A DNA stretch of 63,470 bases, the filler included, from Octopus bimaculoides (Eukaryota): NCBI RefSeq assembly GCF_001194135.2. It is 4 parts of 2 records of this genome, joined end to end, with 100 filler letters (N's around TTAATTAATTAA, not from the genome) between each part and the next. Parts side by side here need not be neighbours in the genome. Positions count along the whole stretch, not along the records: positions 1 to 26,277 come from NC_068986.1; 3 more parts are not named here. One strand, given 5' to 3'. The position numbers were made by a program, and so were the translations under genes. The notes beneath the pieces are model-generated. The model was not told where the DNA came from, searched no databases, and worked only from the letters and a program-made list of their open reading frames with translations. Every line of letters begins with the position of its first letter. The stretch's first letter is position 1. This document shows, piece by piece, positions 12,399 to 25,990 of this stretch.

Positions 12399-12854
12399 GA
12401 AATTAAAGGGGGGTTGATAGGGGAAAAAAATAGCTGACAACGACTGTTTTAAAGTAACTTAGTTCAAGCTAATCCAAACAGAAAGCCTTCGGGATTATTG
12501 CAGTTAATGAATCTGAATCTGGGGTATAATAAAAAAAGAAAATTCATACTAATTGATATCAACACATTAGATCACGAATGCGTGTTTATAGGAAATAATA
12601 TTAATAGGAAAGAGTAACCGAGCTGAGGAAAAGACACTATATATAACGTTATCGTGTTATAACTTAACGTAAATATACATGGTCTACACACTAGCACACA
12701 TGCGTATATACACACATACATACATTCATGCTTATTCCATTAGATTTATAAATGTTAAAGACTGATCTAGGATTGAATGAAGAATGCATGATTATATTTT
12801 TTGAAATTAAGTGTCGATGACTTATAACTCATATAATCAGCTGAGTGTGTGTGC

Positions 12855-12934
<80 letters not shown>

Positions 12935-13120
12935 CTTACTTGGAGGCAATGCGTAGCGTTCGATCATATAATAACGAATAATATATAATTATAGCCATAT
13001 ATCCATACATATATGTACATATGTCGGTATGTACATATATGTATGGATATATGCATATAATTATATATTATTTATGTTATATATATATATATATATATAT
13101 TCAGATTACATACACACAAT

Positions 13121-13154
<34 letters not shown>

Positions 13155-13578
13155 ATACATACATGCAATGATATATATATATATATATATATATGTACAA
13201 ATACACGCAGAAACATGTACAAACATGAACATACATTTGTTTATTTTTGCAAGTATGCATATATGTGTGGGGTGAGGGTGTTTGTATGTCTGTGTGCGTG
13301 TATATAATTATGTACATGTATATGTATATGTATATCTATATCATGTGCGCGTGTCTGTGAGAGAGAAAGAGAGTTTACCTAGAACTTATCTACGCATTTT
13401 AAATATATACAGGCAAATTGGTTACGTAGTCCACAAACACGTCATTAATTTCCGAAAGCTAGGTATCACAAAATCAAAACAGCGCAACGGTTATTCATAA
13501 ATTACAAACCAGTAAGAGAACGGTGAAAATGTGTAAAGCATTCTAGAAGTTTAACCTGTAATTTTTACAACTACACGA

Positions 13579-13870
13579 ATCTTTTATCTTTTATCTTTCA
13601 TGGGTTTCACCCAGAGACTGAGGCCACGCTGGTGCACTTCCTTTACTGTGCCGGGGGATTTTCCCTGTACTGCTTCGGTCGAAATAGCGAGCTGGGCGTT
13701 GCCGCTCTTCTTTGTGCTTCCTGCCACGATGATGTTGCTGACATGTGAGGTCAGAGAGATAGGTCTGTTGTTTATAGCATCTGCTCTGCTTCGTCCTTTG
13801 TGGACAGAGCAAATTATTCCTTCTTTTAACGTTTTAGAAAGTGTACCGCATTCATGGGGACTCTGGAAAA
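13579..13870 (-). mobile_element. Internally deleted CR1-like LINE
   Basis: IICSVHKGRSRADAINNRPISLTSHVS (RT N-terminal NYRPISLTS motif) joined to QEAQRRAATPSSLF (ORF2 C-terminus), a 3' tail and (AAAGAT)n. Confidence 0.82.
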
Positions 13871-13871
13871 G

Positions 13872-13916
<45 letters not shown>

Positions 13917-14065
13917 TTATGTATGTATGTATGTATGTATGTATGTATGTATGTATGTATGTATGTATATATGTTTGTATGTATATATGTATGTATAAAC
14001 GTATAAGACAAAAGATATAGTTTCCTGCATAAAAGTAGCAACTGATTGCACACATAGATAGATAC

Positions 14066-14200
14066 ATTTCTTTTATTAGCCACACAGGGCTCAACGAAGA
14101 TGGGACAAATACAATGTAGAGCTTTTCTTTTTGGGAGGGAAAAAAAAAAAAAAAAGTGGTGGTGTCGATCAAAAGGGATCGTAGGAAGGGAAAAGGGGGG
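14066..14200 (-). mobile_element. 3' UTR fragment of an L1/Tx1-like LINE
   Basis: Minus strand TTTGTCCCATCTTCGTTGAGCCCTGTGTGGCTAATAAAAGAAAT resembles the end of the Tx1-like copy at 60755 (CCCTTGTGGTTAATAAAGAAAT). Confidence 0.55.
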
Positions 14201-14205
14201 AGTTC

Positions 14206-14302
<97 letters not shown>

Positions 14303-14539
14303 TAGACAGTTTGATAGAGATAAATAGATACACACACATACACACACACACACACACAAATAGATAGATCGGTAGATATATACATACACGCATAGATATA
14401 TACCTACCTGCCTACATAAATACATACATACGTACATACATATACGCACGCACACACGCATGCACACACACATATACGCACCTACACACACACATATCCC
14501 CACATGTGTGTATATGTGTTGGCATACATATTAGTTGTC

Positions 14540-15822
14540 AGTTTGTCATCAAGTATGACATCGAATTTCCCCTTGACCCTTTTTCCTTGCATGACTTTGT
14601 AAATGACCCTTCATGCCAGCTTTCGACATTTTGCCATACATTTTGCACATGAAACCAATATGTCTACTCATGTGGCTCTTGAAACCACCAAAAGAAAGAC
14701 AGATTCTTCTATTTATTTTTCACTTTGATTATTTTTGCCCGTAACTTTTGATGGTGCTGCTTGCTTCTTCTTTCGTATCGTTTTATTAATTGTTTGACGC
14801 CTGCTGGATTCTTTTCCTCTCACATAATACTACAACATCACAGAGTGGTTTTCTCTACTTTGCGTTATAAGCAGCTTGTTCTACCTATTTCGTAACAGAA
14901 ATATCACGTTCCTTCAAATTCATATTAAGAAGGGTTTTTTTTTTACTGCTGTTTGAGTTTTTTAGGCTTCCTCTTTCCTTGTTTCAATTTCCCGTAAAAC
15001 AGTGAACTTGGAGTTCTGGTATTACTCATTCGAACAAGATGTCTATTCCACTTTAAAACAAATTCTCCGAACGGTGAGGGCTTCAATGCTTGTCATCTGA
15101 TCTTTCTCTAGAACTTCGGTGTGATTTACTTCACATTGAGTATAAGTCTCAAACAGCATTGGTGAAACCTTTCGAGCAACTTAACTTGGAGTTTGTAGAT
15201 CATCTAAGTTTCACAGCCATATTATAAAACTGAGAGCCCACTAGTTTTGCAGATGCCTTTCTGCTTAATCTGATCCTATTTTGTGACCAAAGCCTTTTTT
15301 CCAAATTTCCAAAAGCTGCCAAGCCTTCATCATTCTGTATGAATCTCTTTCTCCAAACTTGTATCATGTGACAGCACACTTCTCAGATAAAGTAAAGGAC
15401 TTCACCACTTTTAATCCTTTCTATTAATTTCTTTTAATCTCTTTCTATTATCTTTGGTTTAACGTATGCGTTTCCATATGTAACATAACGTCTGTCTTCT
15501 TTAAATTCATTTCCAAACCAAAAGCATTGCAAGTTTCGTTAAAAACTGTAGTCATATCCTTCGGTTCCTGTTCCGTGTGAGATACTAAATCACAATCTTC
15601 AGCATATGATAGTTCTCTAACAAAAGATTCAAACACCTTAGTATCTGCGATAAATCTCCTGAAGTTGCACAACCTTCCTGTGGTTCTAAATTTGATATAG
15701 TTTCCCTTGTGTTAAGTAAAAAAAAAAAACATATGGAGTTGGTGCATATAACATCGCCTTGCGTTACTCCACTCTCATCAGGAAAAGATTTAGATAAATC
15801 ACTATTGAAGTAAGTACACTCT
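14540..15822 (-). mobile_element. RTE-clade (BovB-like) LINE, 5'-truncated, pseudogenised RT plus C-terminus
   Basis: SGVTQGDV, RRFIADTKV...VRELSYAEDCDLVSH (FADD-type motif), FNETCNAFGLEMNLKKTDVM; C-terminal C2H2-like motifs. Confidence 0.92.
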
Positions 15823-17029
15823 AGTCTTGCATACGTAGATTCATACGTACAGACAAAGAACAGAAAGACATAAATACATACATGAATACCTAGCTGATAC
15901 TGTCTAAATTCCAATGAAAATGTTTTGCTTCTATATTAAAAATTAGTTTTTTATCAGTGAGAAATTTTAGAAATGAACCCAGAACATACATACACACATA
16001 GGTCATACATACAACATATATGCATACATACATACATACATATATTCAAACGTACATATGTAAATTCGTACACTCACACACATACATAATTCACATACAT
16101 ACAAATATTGCAACCCAAGAACAGGAGATTGCAACAAAATACCTAAGAAACAAAAGAAAAAAATGAAACTCTTGGATCCCCAACCGAAAATGTCGGTTAT
16201 GTTATATTTCTGTTGAAGGCTCCAAACATGCGCTCAGCAGCTGCGCAAAAATGTCATCAATGTTCTCCCACCCAATGCGAAATGGCATTGTAGTTAAGAC
16301 AATGTACGATTCTATCTGAAGTAAAAAAATTGTTCTGGGAAAAAATACAAAAAGTTCCTCCTTTGCTGTGTACACACATAAATATCAAACGAGGAATATC
16401 GGTGGAAAATTTCCATCAAAATTTCCATGAAGTGTAAGCATAACATGTTGAGCATCGTTGTTTTGGGACAGTCATGAAAAGTATGTACCATCACAAATGT
16501 CAAGCGTGGTTAATGCGAATATGCCTGCGAAAATCAAAGGAAAAAAGGATGACAACGGGCACGACTTCGAAAACTTCAGCTTCTACACCCAGATTAAAAA
16601 TTTACATTTATACCGATAATAAATGATGCACATGGTTTTGTGAATCTATGTGATAATCTGGATGAACTGGGGGGGGGGGCAGAAAAGCAAATCAACCAGC
16701 TAACGCGCATATTATAATACAAGCTGTAAGCGGAACCGTAAAAATTATTCAAGACTTTACTCTAGTTTAAAATGTGAATTTGTTCTTGTTATCTACATTC
16801 CAATGATGGAGCTTTGTATCTTTGTTAGAAACCAGCTCCTTCCATCAGAGGGAGATTTCAAATAATTAAAACTAGAAAAGAAGTATACATAGATACATGC
16901 TTATGGTTGTCCGTCAAATTCTATGATAACTGTTTTCTTCAACTGTTGGTTCTTTGATAACAGTACTTTAACAGCAACGGAGAACGCCGCCATGTGAGCG
17001 AAGGGGTGATCACTTCTGCTACCGCATTA

Positions 17030-17600
17030 CCTTCCCTTTTGTGTGATTTCACGAGTGATGTCAGTGTAACTCAAATATAAATGCAATATTTGATCGGTCC
17101 CCCACCCCGTTAGGAGAGCATCTTTCCTCATGAACTTGTCCCACTTGAGTAGTTAAACTATCGGTAAACTGTTCAGCATAGATTCCTTGAGACATTTGAA
17201 AAAGGTAGTGTGAAGAAACAAAACCTGGTTACTGCACCACATCAGTTCACCTACTCCCACTTGACTCCTTATCTGTGATTTTTTAGCAAAGGGCACAACG
17301 ACTATCAAATTATCAACAACTCTATTCGCTGAGATTTTGCTCTAGCGGAATTGAGTTGCTTTTCTAGTGATTTCCAACAAATTGCTGAATTTCAACGATA
17401 GAAGAGAACGATGAACATCAACTACGAGAACATCGTCTTATTTCTGAAAACGCGTTCCAGAATGCATTCCAAGACTGTCAAAGGCGTGAGCAACGTGTCT
17501 CGGCACTGTAGACTATTATCACGAAGGAAGTTTGATTAAATTCTAAGTAAACCAATAAATTTGTTCCAAAACAGTTCTGCTTCTTTTATTTGACAGGCCT
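17030..17600 (+). mobile_element. Decayed mariner transposase, C-terminal half plus right end
   Basis: HELVP, WLLHH..P.T.LLICDFLAK, YSL/DFALAE, AFQNAFQD and DYYHEG match HEFVP, WxLHHDNAPAH, YSPDLAP and GDYFEG across frameshifts. Confidence 0.7.
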
Positions 17601-18279
17601 GATGTGCGTATGTATGCCTGAATGTATGCATGCATAAACCAAACGTATGTAAATATGAATATGTATTTATATGTATGTGAATTGTGAATCTGTGTATATA
17701 AAGGTGTATGCATATATATGTGTGTACGTACGTATGTATGTATGCACTCGTTTAACATAGATTGATGCATACAAACATAAATTTTAATATATCAAGAATA
17801 TCTTCTAGATATATAGATATTAAATAAATGTTCACTACAGGTACAAGTATATATTTTTTTAATAACTCTACGGAGAAAGCATATTATATTTAGTGATATG
17901 AATATTGTATATATATGCATTTGTGTGTGTTTATACACATAAAAAAGCATAACAATCTGTATGAGTATAAACCTTACATTGATCCGCCCACTTTCACTCT
18001 GGCTCCCTTTCTGGAATGTCTATACACACTCACACACGCGAATACATACATACATACATAATTACATGAATGCAATGATGTTTATATGTGTGCGTGTGTA
18101 TGTGCGTGCGCGCGCGTTACTGTGTGGGTGTGTCTACGTCTATCAGCAAATAAAATGTTTTCACCGTACATCGCGCTATCACGATTTATATATGTGTGTA
18201 TATATATATATATATGCATCTCAACATGTATGTAGGGAATGGAATTCCACATGTAAAAGAGAGAGGAGGGTGATTATAG

Positions 18280-18450
18280 AGGTGTACTCCCGAGTGGAAT
18301 CTGGATGTTACCCCACTCGCATTTACGGTTGAGAGAGGGTTTGTATTCCTGTATACAGACAGCTTCAGTGACTTGTCTCAGCATCGCATCAGTGGGATGT
18401 GTGGATAAGATATTTAAATTTGCTTCATCGCAGTGAGGACCGGTTGGAGA
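18280..18450 (-). mobile_element. Penelope-like element, GIY-YIG endonuclease C-terminal remnant
   Basis: DAMLRQVTEAVCIQEYKPSLNRKCEWG fits the RQxxEAVxI...PxLNxKxEW pattern of PLE endonuclease ends. Confidence 0.55.
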
Positions 18451-18560
18451 GGATCTTTATTGGGTTGTGCTCCCAGTTCAGCATTCTGGCTTTTTTTCAT
18501 TTTCCTATTATTTCTCCACGTGCGGTTAACACAACCCCACTATTTACTGACTTCTATATA

Positions 18561-18601
<41 letters not shown>

Positions 18602-18900
18602 CTGTACGTATGTATGCATGTATGTATACATATGTGTGTATATATATATGTATATATATAAATATATGCATGTATGTTTGTACATATATATAAATACACA
18701 AACACACATACACACATATATATGCCTATGGTAAAGATGCATACATGCAAATACACACAAGTATATGCATAAATACCTAATGTCTTGAATGGTAATATCG
18801 TGAAACGAAGCTTAGTATTAGCGATGGTGGAACCTCAGTTTTTGTCGTTATTTTTCTTCTTGTAAATATTTTCTTTAATTGCAAGTTTAAAAACATTCAT

Positions 18901-18931
<31 letters not shown>

Positions 18932-18979
18932 AGCAGCACCATCATCATTATTATTATTATCATTATTATTATTATTATT

Positions 18980-19198
18980 GAGGCTACTAGCTGGCAGAAT
19001 CGTTAGCACGCCGGGCGAAATGCTTAGCGGTATTTCGTCTGCCGCTATGTTCTGAGTTCAAATTCCGCCGAGGTCGACTTTGCCGTTCATCCTTTCAGGG
19101 TCGATAAATTAAGTACCAGTCAAGTACTGGAACCGATGTAATCGACAATCCTACTTTCCCAAGATTGTTGCCCTTGTGGCAAAATTTGAAACCATCAT
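18980..19198 (+). mobile_element. SINE A monomer, well preserved
   Basis: Near-identical head to 1334; ends CCCTTGTGGCAAAATTTGAAACCATCATT. Confidence 0.92.
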
Positions 19199-19360
19199 TG
19201 CTACTACTACTACTACTACTACTACTACTCTTTTCTCAGAGTTCTTGGTCTTGTTCAAAGGACTATATTGACAAAACCATTCGCACCGAAAGCGTATAAA
19301 GTTTGTTTACAAGAAACAACTACGAACTAATACAGTTCTTAAATTTGACTGAAAGGAGCA

Positions 19361-19430
19361 GGCTGGTTTGCTGGTGTAATCGGTAACACACTTAGTCGCG
19401 TTAACAAAATAGTATGGGTTCGCGTACGGC
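19361..19430 (+). pseudogene. tRNA-like remnant or SINE head
   Basis: D-arm-like GTGT-AATCGGTA-ACAC and a degenerate GGGTTCG T-loop; no acceptor stem. Confidence 0.3.
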
Positions 19431-21187
19431 AAAGTCTACTTTTTTTCTGTCGAGAGCTTATATACCCCATTATCAGACTATTTTACTTAGTCATTTGCCC
19501 GGTGATCGCTATAAGATTTAAGCTTGTAAAAAATACCATTATTAGTATTTACAGAATTGAAAAACTCGACACAGTTTCCCAAAACTATTCACACCGAAAT
19601 ACACATATATATATGTATAAGTATATACTTTTCATAACGCAACTATGTTTATCTAATTAGTTATTAAGTCAAAAGGACGAAACTTTATTAAAGGCGAGCT
19701 ATTTTGTAGTTGTTCAAAAGTTAATCATTTATTTAGATCAATTTCTTTTAAAGCAATAAATTTGTATGTTTATTATGCTATCAATTTCTGCACACTATAT
19801 TAGAAATGGACTGCGTCCGGTAATTTTGGCTATTCTATTGTGAACGAAAATATCTTTATATTATTAAATAATATTAATCGGTTACATGTGTGTGTGTATC
19901 TGTGTATGTGAATGTGTGTATGTGTGCATGCATGAGCGTGTGTATGCGTGTGTTGACTATAATACATTGTATACTTTAACGTATATTTATTTTTTTATTC
20001 AATACTAATTTAAAATATGTCAGACTCGCCTTTTTTCTTCTTGAATATGTCACTATTATATATATATATATATAGTTCATCTTAATGTGATGTCGTTGTA
20101 GCTTGAAAATAGCAGGGGGTAATAAAATTTCTAGCTTATATTAATAAATCCTAATTTAGGCAGATAAAGCTAGAAGTATTTATTTTTCTCTCTGCTTATG
20201 TCCAATTGAATACAGGATTAAAAACTTATTCTTATTGATTGTAACCCAATAAGTTACGCTTATTAAAACTGAAGTTAGCGTATAATTTTTCAAGAAATTA
20301 TTTGATATACAAACTGTGACTGGAATTATTCATAGGGGAATATAATTCAAATTTGATTTATATTAGGTTTGAACAAGTGTCTTTAGATACAATCGTAGCT
20401 AATTAAATTTTCATAAAACAATTTTCATATCCACATTCATAGCGTTTTGCTACATCTGTCTATTTTATATTGTCATATGAATTATAAAGTTAAAACTCTG
20501 TGCGCGCGCGTTTGTATACTGCATAAAACAAAATTAAAATGTGACTAGTAATTAATTCAAATTCAAAATAAAACAAAAGAAACCAATTCAAGCAAAAGGT
20601 GTTTAGGATTTATCCACGTTGAAGGTGAAAAATCTGATCGACTGTAAAGTGTATCAATGTATAGTTGCTGATTGTTCCTAACAACTCTAAAACTTACATT
20701 GTTTAACTCCAAACCTATTTAAATCCAAACTTTCATTTCATATGCATTCGCTTAGAAATCCAGACAGAAGCAAGCAAACTTATTTGTTTCATACATTTGG
20801 TTGTTAAAAAATTCTCGATACACTTTCGTCTTAATTGAAATATTTATTCTCGAGTTAAAACATACGCGGGGACCAATAATCTTTGCTATCCTTGTTCCAT
20901 GGAAGGTTAAGGTGTTCATTTCTAATTATATTCTGTAACTGAACGGTCACCCAGAAAAGAATTCCTAAATACATTCATAGACATTTTAATACATGCTAAT
21001 TTATTCAAACGGCGGATTTCTCATATTTTTAGCAACGACTAATACTTCCTTTTGTCTGATTGTACGTTTGCCTGTATATTCATTGTTTGGAATGCCTGTA
21101 GGTACGTACATAAACACGTATGCATGTACGTACATACATACATATATATGTGTGTATGTATCTGTGGGTGTCTGTGGGTATGGGTGT

Positions 21188-21545
<358 letters not shown>

Positions 21546-21619
21546 ATACATGCGATTATATACAAGCAGTATATCGCTGCAACGTTGTCTCCTGTCACAT
21601 CATCCACTGACATTCCCCG

Positions 21620-22520
21620 CCACCCACGTACTGTCATCACTACCATCTCATCAACCCCCCCCCCAACACCACCATTTCTTTCTCATCTTTCTCAAAAACC
21701 CATCACCACCTACTCATCACCCACCTAAGCTATCACCACCACCACCCCACCACTAGCATTACTGCCAACGTCAACATTACAATAGACTTCGCCACCACCA
21801 TTCATGCCAACACCGCCTCTCTTATACCATCACCGCTCTTAAACCCATCACCCACACCGCCTTCACCAATTGCACCACCAACACTGAGCACGTCGCCACC
21901 GAACATCATTAATACTACTCATCCAACCACCACCATCATCCCCATCACCACCACCATCATCACCACCACCACATTCATCACCACCACCGTCAAATCCACC
22001 CCATTTCCACCTATATGCTACAACCTTCACCACTGCCACCGAAACCACCCAGCTACGGTTACCACCATTTTTGCCATACATCACCACCACTAGCAACACC
22101 ACCACTAGCAACACCACCACCGCCGCTACCACCGCCACCACTGCCTCCAACCCCACNNNNNNNNNNNNNNNNNNNNNNNNNNNNNNNNNNNNNNNNNNNN
22201 NNNNNNNNNNNNNNNNNNNNNNNNNNNNNNNNNNNNNNNNNNNNNNNNNNNNNNNNNNNNNNNNNNNNNNNNNNNNNNNNNNNNNNNNNNNNNNNNNNNN
22301 NNNNNNNNNNNNNNNNNNNNNNNNNNNNNNNNNNNNNNNNNNNNNNNNNNNNNNNNNNNNNNNNNNNNNNNNNNNNNNNNNNNNNNNNNNNNNNNNNNNN
22401 NNNNNNNNNNNNNNNNNNNNNNNNNNACCGCCACCACCACAACCTCCGCCGCCGCAACCACCACCACCACCACCTCCAAAACCTCCACCACCACGTACAC
22501 CGCCTCTACAACACCAGACC
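21620..22520. repeat. Degenerate (CCA/CAT/ACC) low-complexity field spanning a gap
   Basis: Direct reading. Confidence 0.85.
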
Positions 22521-22744
22521 TATTGAAACAATTTCACAATTCAATTACATTCGACATTTACTTGGTGGCAATTTTCTTTGCAAACCGAGAAATACATTTT
22601 GAAGTTTCTGTCATTGATGTTCTTCAGCTGATGACAATGGATGTGTTTAGGGGTGGAGGTCTGGGATGGAGGTCTGGGGTGGATTGGAGCTGGGTGGAGA
22701 TGGTTCTCACACTCCTAAGAAAAGCAGTGAGAACGCGTAAACTA

Positions 22745-22880
22745 CTACTACAGCTACCACCACCACCACTACTACTACTACGACTGCTGCTGCTGCTGCA
22801 TCTGTTACTAATACTGCTGCTACCACCACCACCACTACTACTACTGCTACTGCTGCTGCTGCATCTGTTACTAATGCTGT
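22745..22880 (+). repeat. About 60-bp higher-order duplication built from trinucleotide blocks
   Basis: Unit CTACCACCACCACCACTACTACTAC..CTGCTGCTGCTGCATCTGTTACTAAT occurs twice. Confidence 0.8.
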
Positions 22881-22985
22881 TATATATATATGTGTGTATG
22901 TATGCATATATATATATATATACACATAAATATAATATATATATTATACATACACACATACACACACATATACACACATATATAC

Positions 22986-23029
<44 letters not shown>

Positions 23030-23031
23030 GA

Positions 23032-23170
23032 AGCAGCCACTAACTCTCGGAGTGGTTGGCGTTAGGAAAGGCATCCAGCTGTAGAAAACTTGCCAGATAA
23101 GATTGGAGCTTGGTACAACCCATGCAAGCATGGAAAGTGGACGTTAAACGATGATGCTGGTGATGATGAC
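23032..23170 (+). mobile_element. 3' fragment of another retroposon with (GAT)n tail
   Basis: GAGTGGTTGGCGTTAGGAAAGGCATCCAGCTGTAGAAA...GGACGTTAAACGATGATG is a SINE/LINE-type 3' end. Confidence 0.6.
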
Positions 23171-23213
23171 ATACATATAATAAATATATTATATATTATA
23201 TATATGTGTGTGT

Positions 23214-23296
23214 GTTCGACTAAATTTCTTCAAGGCGGTGCTCCAGCATGACAGCAGTTAAACGACTGAAACAGATAAAAGAATAAAAGAATATAT
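23214..23296 (+). mobile_element. SINE B extreme 3' tail (5'-truncated insertion)
   Basis: TTCGACTAAA..AAGGCGGTGCTCCAGCATGACAGCAG..ACTGAAACAGATAAAAGAATAAAAGA. Confidence 0.85.
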
Positions 23297-24029
23297 NNNN
23301 NNNNNNNNNNNNNNNNNNNNNNNNNNNNNNNNNNNNNNNNNNNNNNNNNNNNNNNNNNNNNNNNNNNNNNNNNNNNNNNNNNNNNNNNNNNNNNNNNNNN
23401 NNNNNNNNNNNNNNNNNNNNNNNNNNNNNNNNNNNNNNNNNNNNNNNNNNNNNNNNNNNNNNNNNNNNNNNNNNNNNNNNNNNNNNNNNNNNNNNNNNNN
23501 NNNNNNNNNNNNNNNNNNNNNNNNNNNNNNNNNNNATATATACTATTTAATTACAGAGGGAGAAACTGTTACTCAAAGTTTCATGTAACCGCTTATCAGA
23601 CACGTTTTGTATATACAAGATGCGAAGGGTAAATTGCTGCCTTTAATATTGTTTATTTCGCGCATGCGTACTGTTTGATTTTGATTTTGTCGACTACACA
23701 GTATAGTAGGGTCAGTTGAGCACCGTCTGTGAGTAAAACAGCACCATAACGCAATTCACTCTGCCAGAAATTTTGAGGATTATCATCAGCAGGCTGTTAT
23801 TTTTTCTTTTTTCTTTGTTTTTATCAAACCCAGAAGGTGCGAAAATGCGAAGCAAATCGCTGTCACATTTGAACTCAGAAACTTCTAATAGGGAATAATT
23901 AATTGAGGCATTTAATCCAATTTCTCACCGTTTGTACTATTTGCACCCGCCTGAAACTTGTACAATACTTAATATAACAGGTCGGCTAATTGAAACCATC
24001 TAATAGCACTTGCTGTACCAAATGCCGTT

Positions 24030-24541
24030 ACTTCCACTACCACCAACACCACCACTACCACCAACACCACAACCACCACCATCACCACCACCAACAACAA
24101 CACCACCCTCATTATCCTCACCACCACCACTACTATCATCATCGTTATCATCATCATCATCATCATCATCATCATTATCATCATCATCATCACCAATATC
24201 ACCATAAACATCTCCACCAGCATCACCACCGATTGTACAGCTTCCACAGCGATGACCACGCCCAACATTAACCACCCACTCATCCACCTAACACTGACAT
24301 CCCTCACCACCACCATCACCACTACCACCTTCGCCGCCAACAGCCCAATCCCGATAAACGAACGCTACCAGCCACTAGCATAACTATTAATACCACCAAC
24401 ACTATCAATAACACCACCATCATCATCATTATCATCGTTATCATCAGCGCTATCATCATCGTCGTCGTCGTCAGCATCATCATCATCATCGTTGTCATCG
24501 TCGTCGTCACCGTCGTCGCCGGCGTGGTAGCCATCATCATG

Positions 24542-24572
<31 letters not shown>

Positions 24573-24742
24573 GCAACAACTCTATTATCACCACCACCAC
24601 CACCACCACCACCACAACCACAACCACCACCTCTACAACTAACATGCCACAGTAATCCAACATCACCTAACGCCAAACACCATCCATCACCACCACCACC
24701 AACAACAACAACAACAACAACAATAATAGCAACACCACCATT

Positions 24743-24807
<65 letters not shown>

Positions 24808-24860
24808 TATAATCAACAACATCAGCACCACCAAGACCAGTAACCACAACATGAACGACA
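24030..24860. repeat. Compound CAC/CAT/CGT/CAA trinucleotide field
   Basis: Direct reading; source of the poly-D/poly-H/poly-V ORFs. Confidence 0.9.
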
Positions 24861-25091
24861 AAAACTCCATTACTCCGAGTGCAATATTTGATATCAATTG
24901 GTAGACGGATTTAATTAATGCAGGCATGAACTACCTCCATTTAGTTTGACGTGGTGTTCTCTAATTAGAATGTAATGACGTGGAAATGATCTTCTATTAA
25001 TCTTGACTTCTCATGTATCACATTACTTGAGGAATTCTTCGACATATTTATCAGTATGAATAATTGTAAGAGTTATTATTATGGGAGGAGA

Positions 25092-25243
25092 TAAGGCGGC
25101 GAGTTGGTAGTATCGTTAGGACGTAGGGCAAAATGTGTAGCGATATGCCACTCGTCGTTTACGCTCTGAGTTCAAATTTCCACCGAGGTCGACTTTGCGT
25201 TTCATCCTTTTGGTGTCGATAAAATAAGTACCAGCTTAGCACT
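25092..25243 (+). mobile_element. SINE A monomer, diverged and 3'-truncated
   Basis: TAAGGCGGCGAGTTGGTAG...CTGAGTTCAAATT...GAGGTCGACTTTGCGTTTCATCCTT. Confidence 0.85.
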
Positions 25244-25420
25244 GTTTTTGTTGTTGTTGGCACTCCGTCGCTTACGACGTCGAGGGTTCCAGTTGATTCA
25301 TTATGGAAGCGGATAGTCAGAGATGGGTGAAGATGCTCAGAGTTCTTTGAGCGCTGGTATACAGATCTTCATTTAACGTGGATCGATTTTGGTCAAACCT
25401 CAGTTCTAGTATTGATAAAG

Positions 25421-25685
25421 TATTGGGTTGTCCGGAAAGTTCGTGCCGATTTATAGTAGCTTACCTTTCGACTTATTTTAGGACATGGTTGAGTCCATAA
25501 AATAGGATTCTACTACACCTCCAATTAAAACACAGTTTAAGCTATCTTATCGTGGAAGAAGGTTTATGTTCTTATAATATGTGTTAATTCTATAACACTT
25601 TAAAATGGAAGATAAGAAAGTTCATTTTCGGTACTTGATGCTTTTCTTTTTCAGTAAAGGGGAAAAAATGCTTCACAAATTCCGC
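25421..25685 (+). mobile_element. Mariner 5' end: TA, TIR and start of transposase (ATG at 25605)
   Basis: TATTGGGTTGTCCGGAAAGT terminus; MEDKKVHFRYLMLFFFSKG resembles the mariner N-terminus MExxKxHFRHxxLFxFRKG. Confidence 0.85.
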
Positions 25686-25990
25686 CACAGAGGTAATTTT
25701 AACCATTCACAAATCAAATCCAGAGATTGATAGAAAATAAATTACGAGCCAAGTTAAGTATAAAAGTCAACTTAATCCATTACACTGTGCCTCATCAAAA
25801 TATGCAGCCATGTTTGAAAGTCATAGAACTTCATTACTATTTTACTTTCTACCCGTTTCAGCTTGCAAGCTGGGACCGTACTAGGATCCATATGATTTCG
25901 TTTCTTGATTAAATCGATAAATGGTTAAATCGGTATCGAGAATGATAAAATACTTTGCAGTATTTAGTCACGTCTTTCAGCATTCTGGTT

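Noticed and set aside
16380-16480. ASLFWDS resembling mariner MASVFWD
   Set aside because: Single short motif with stops; insufficient alone.
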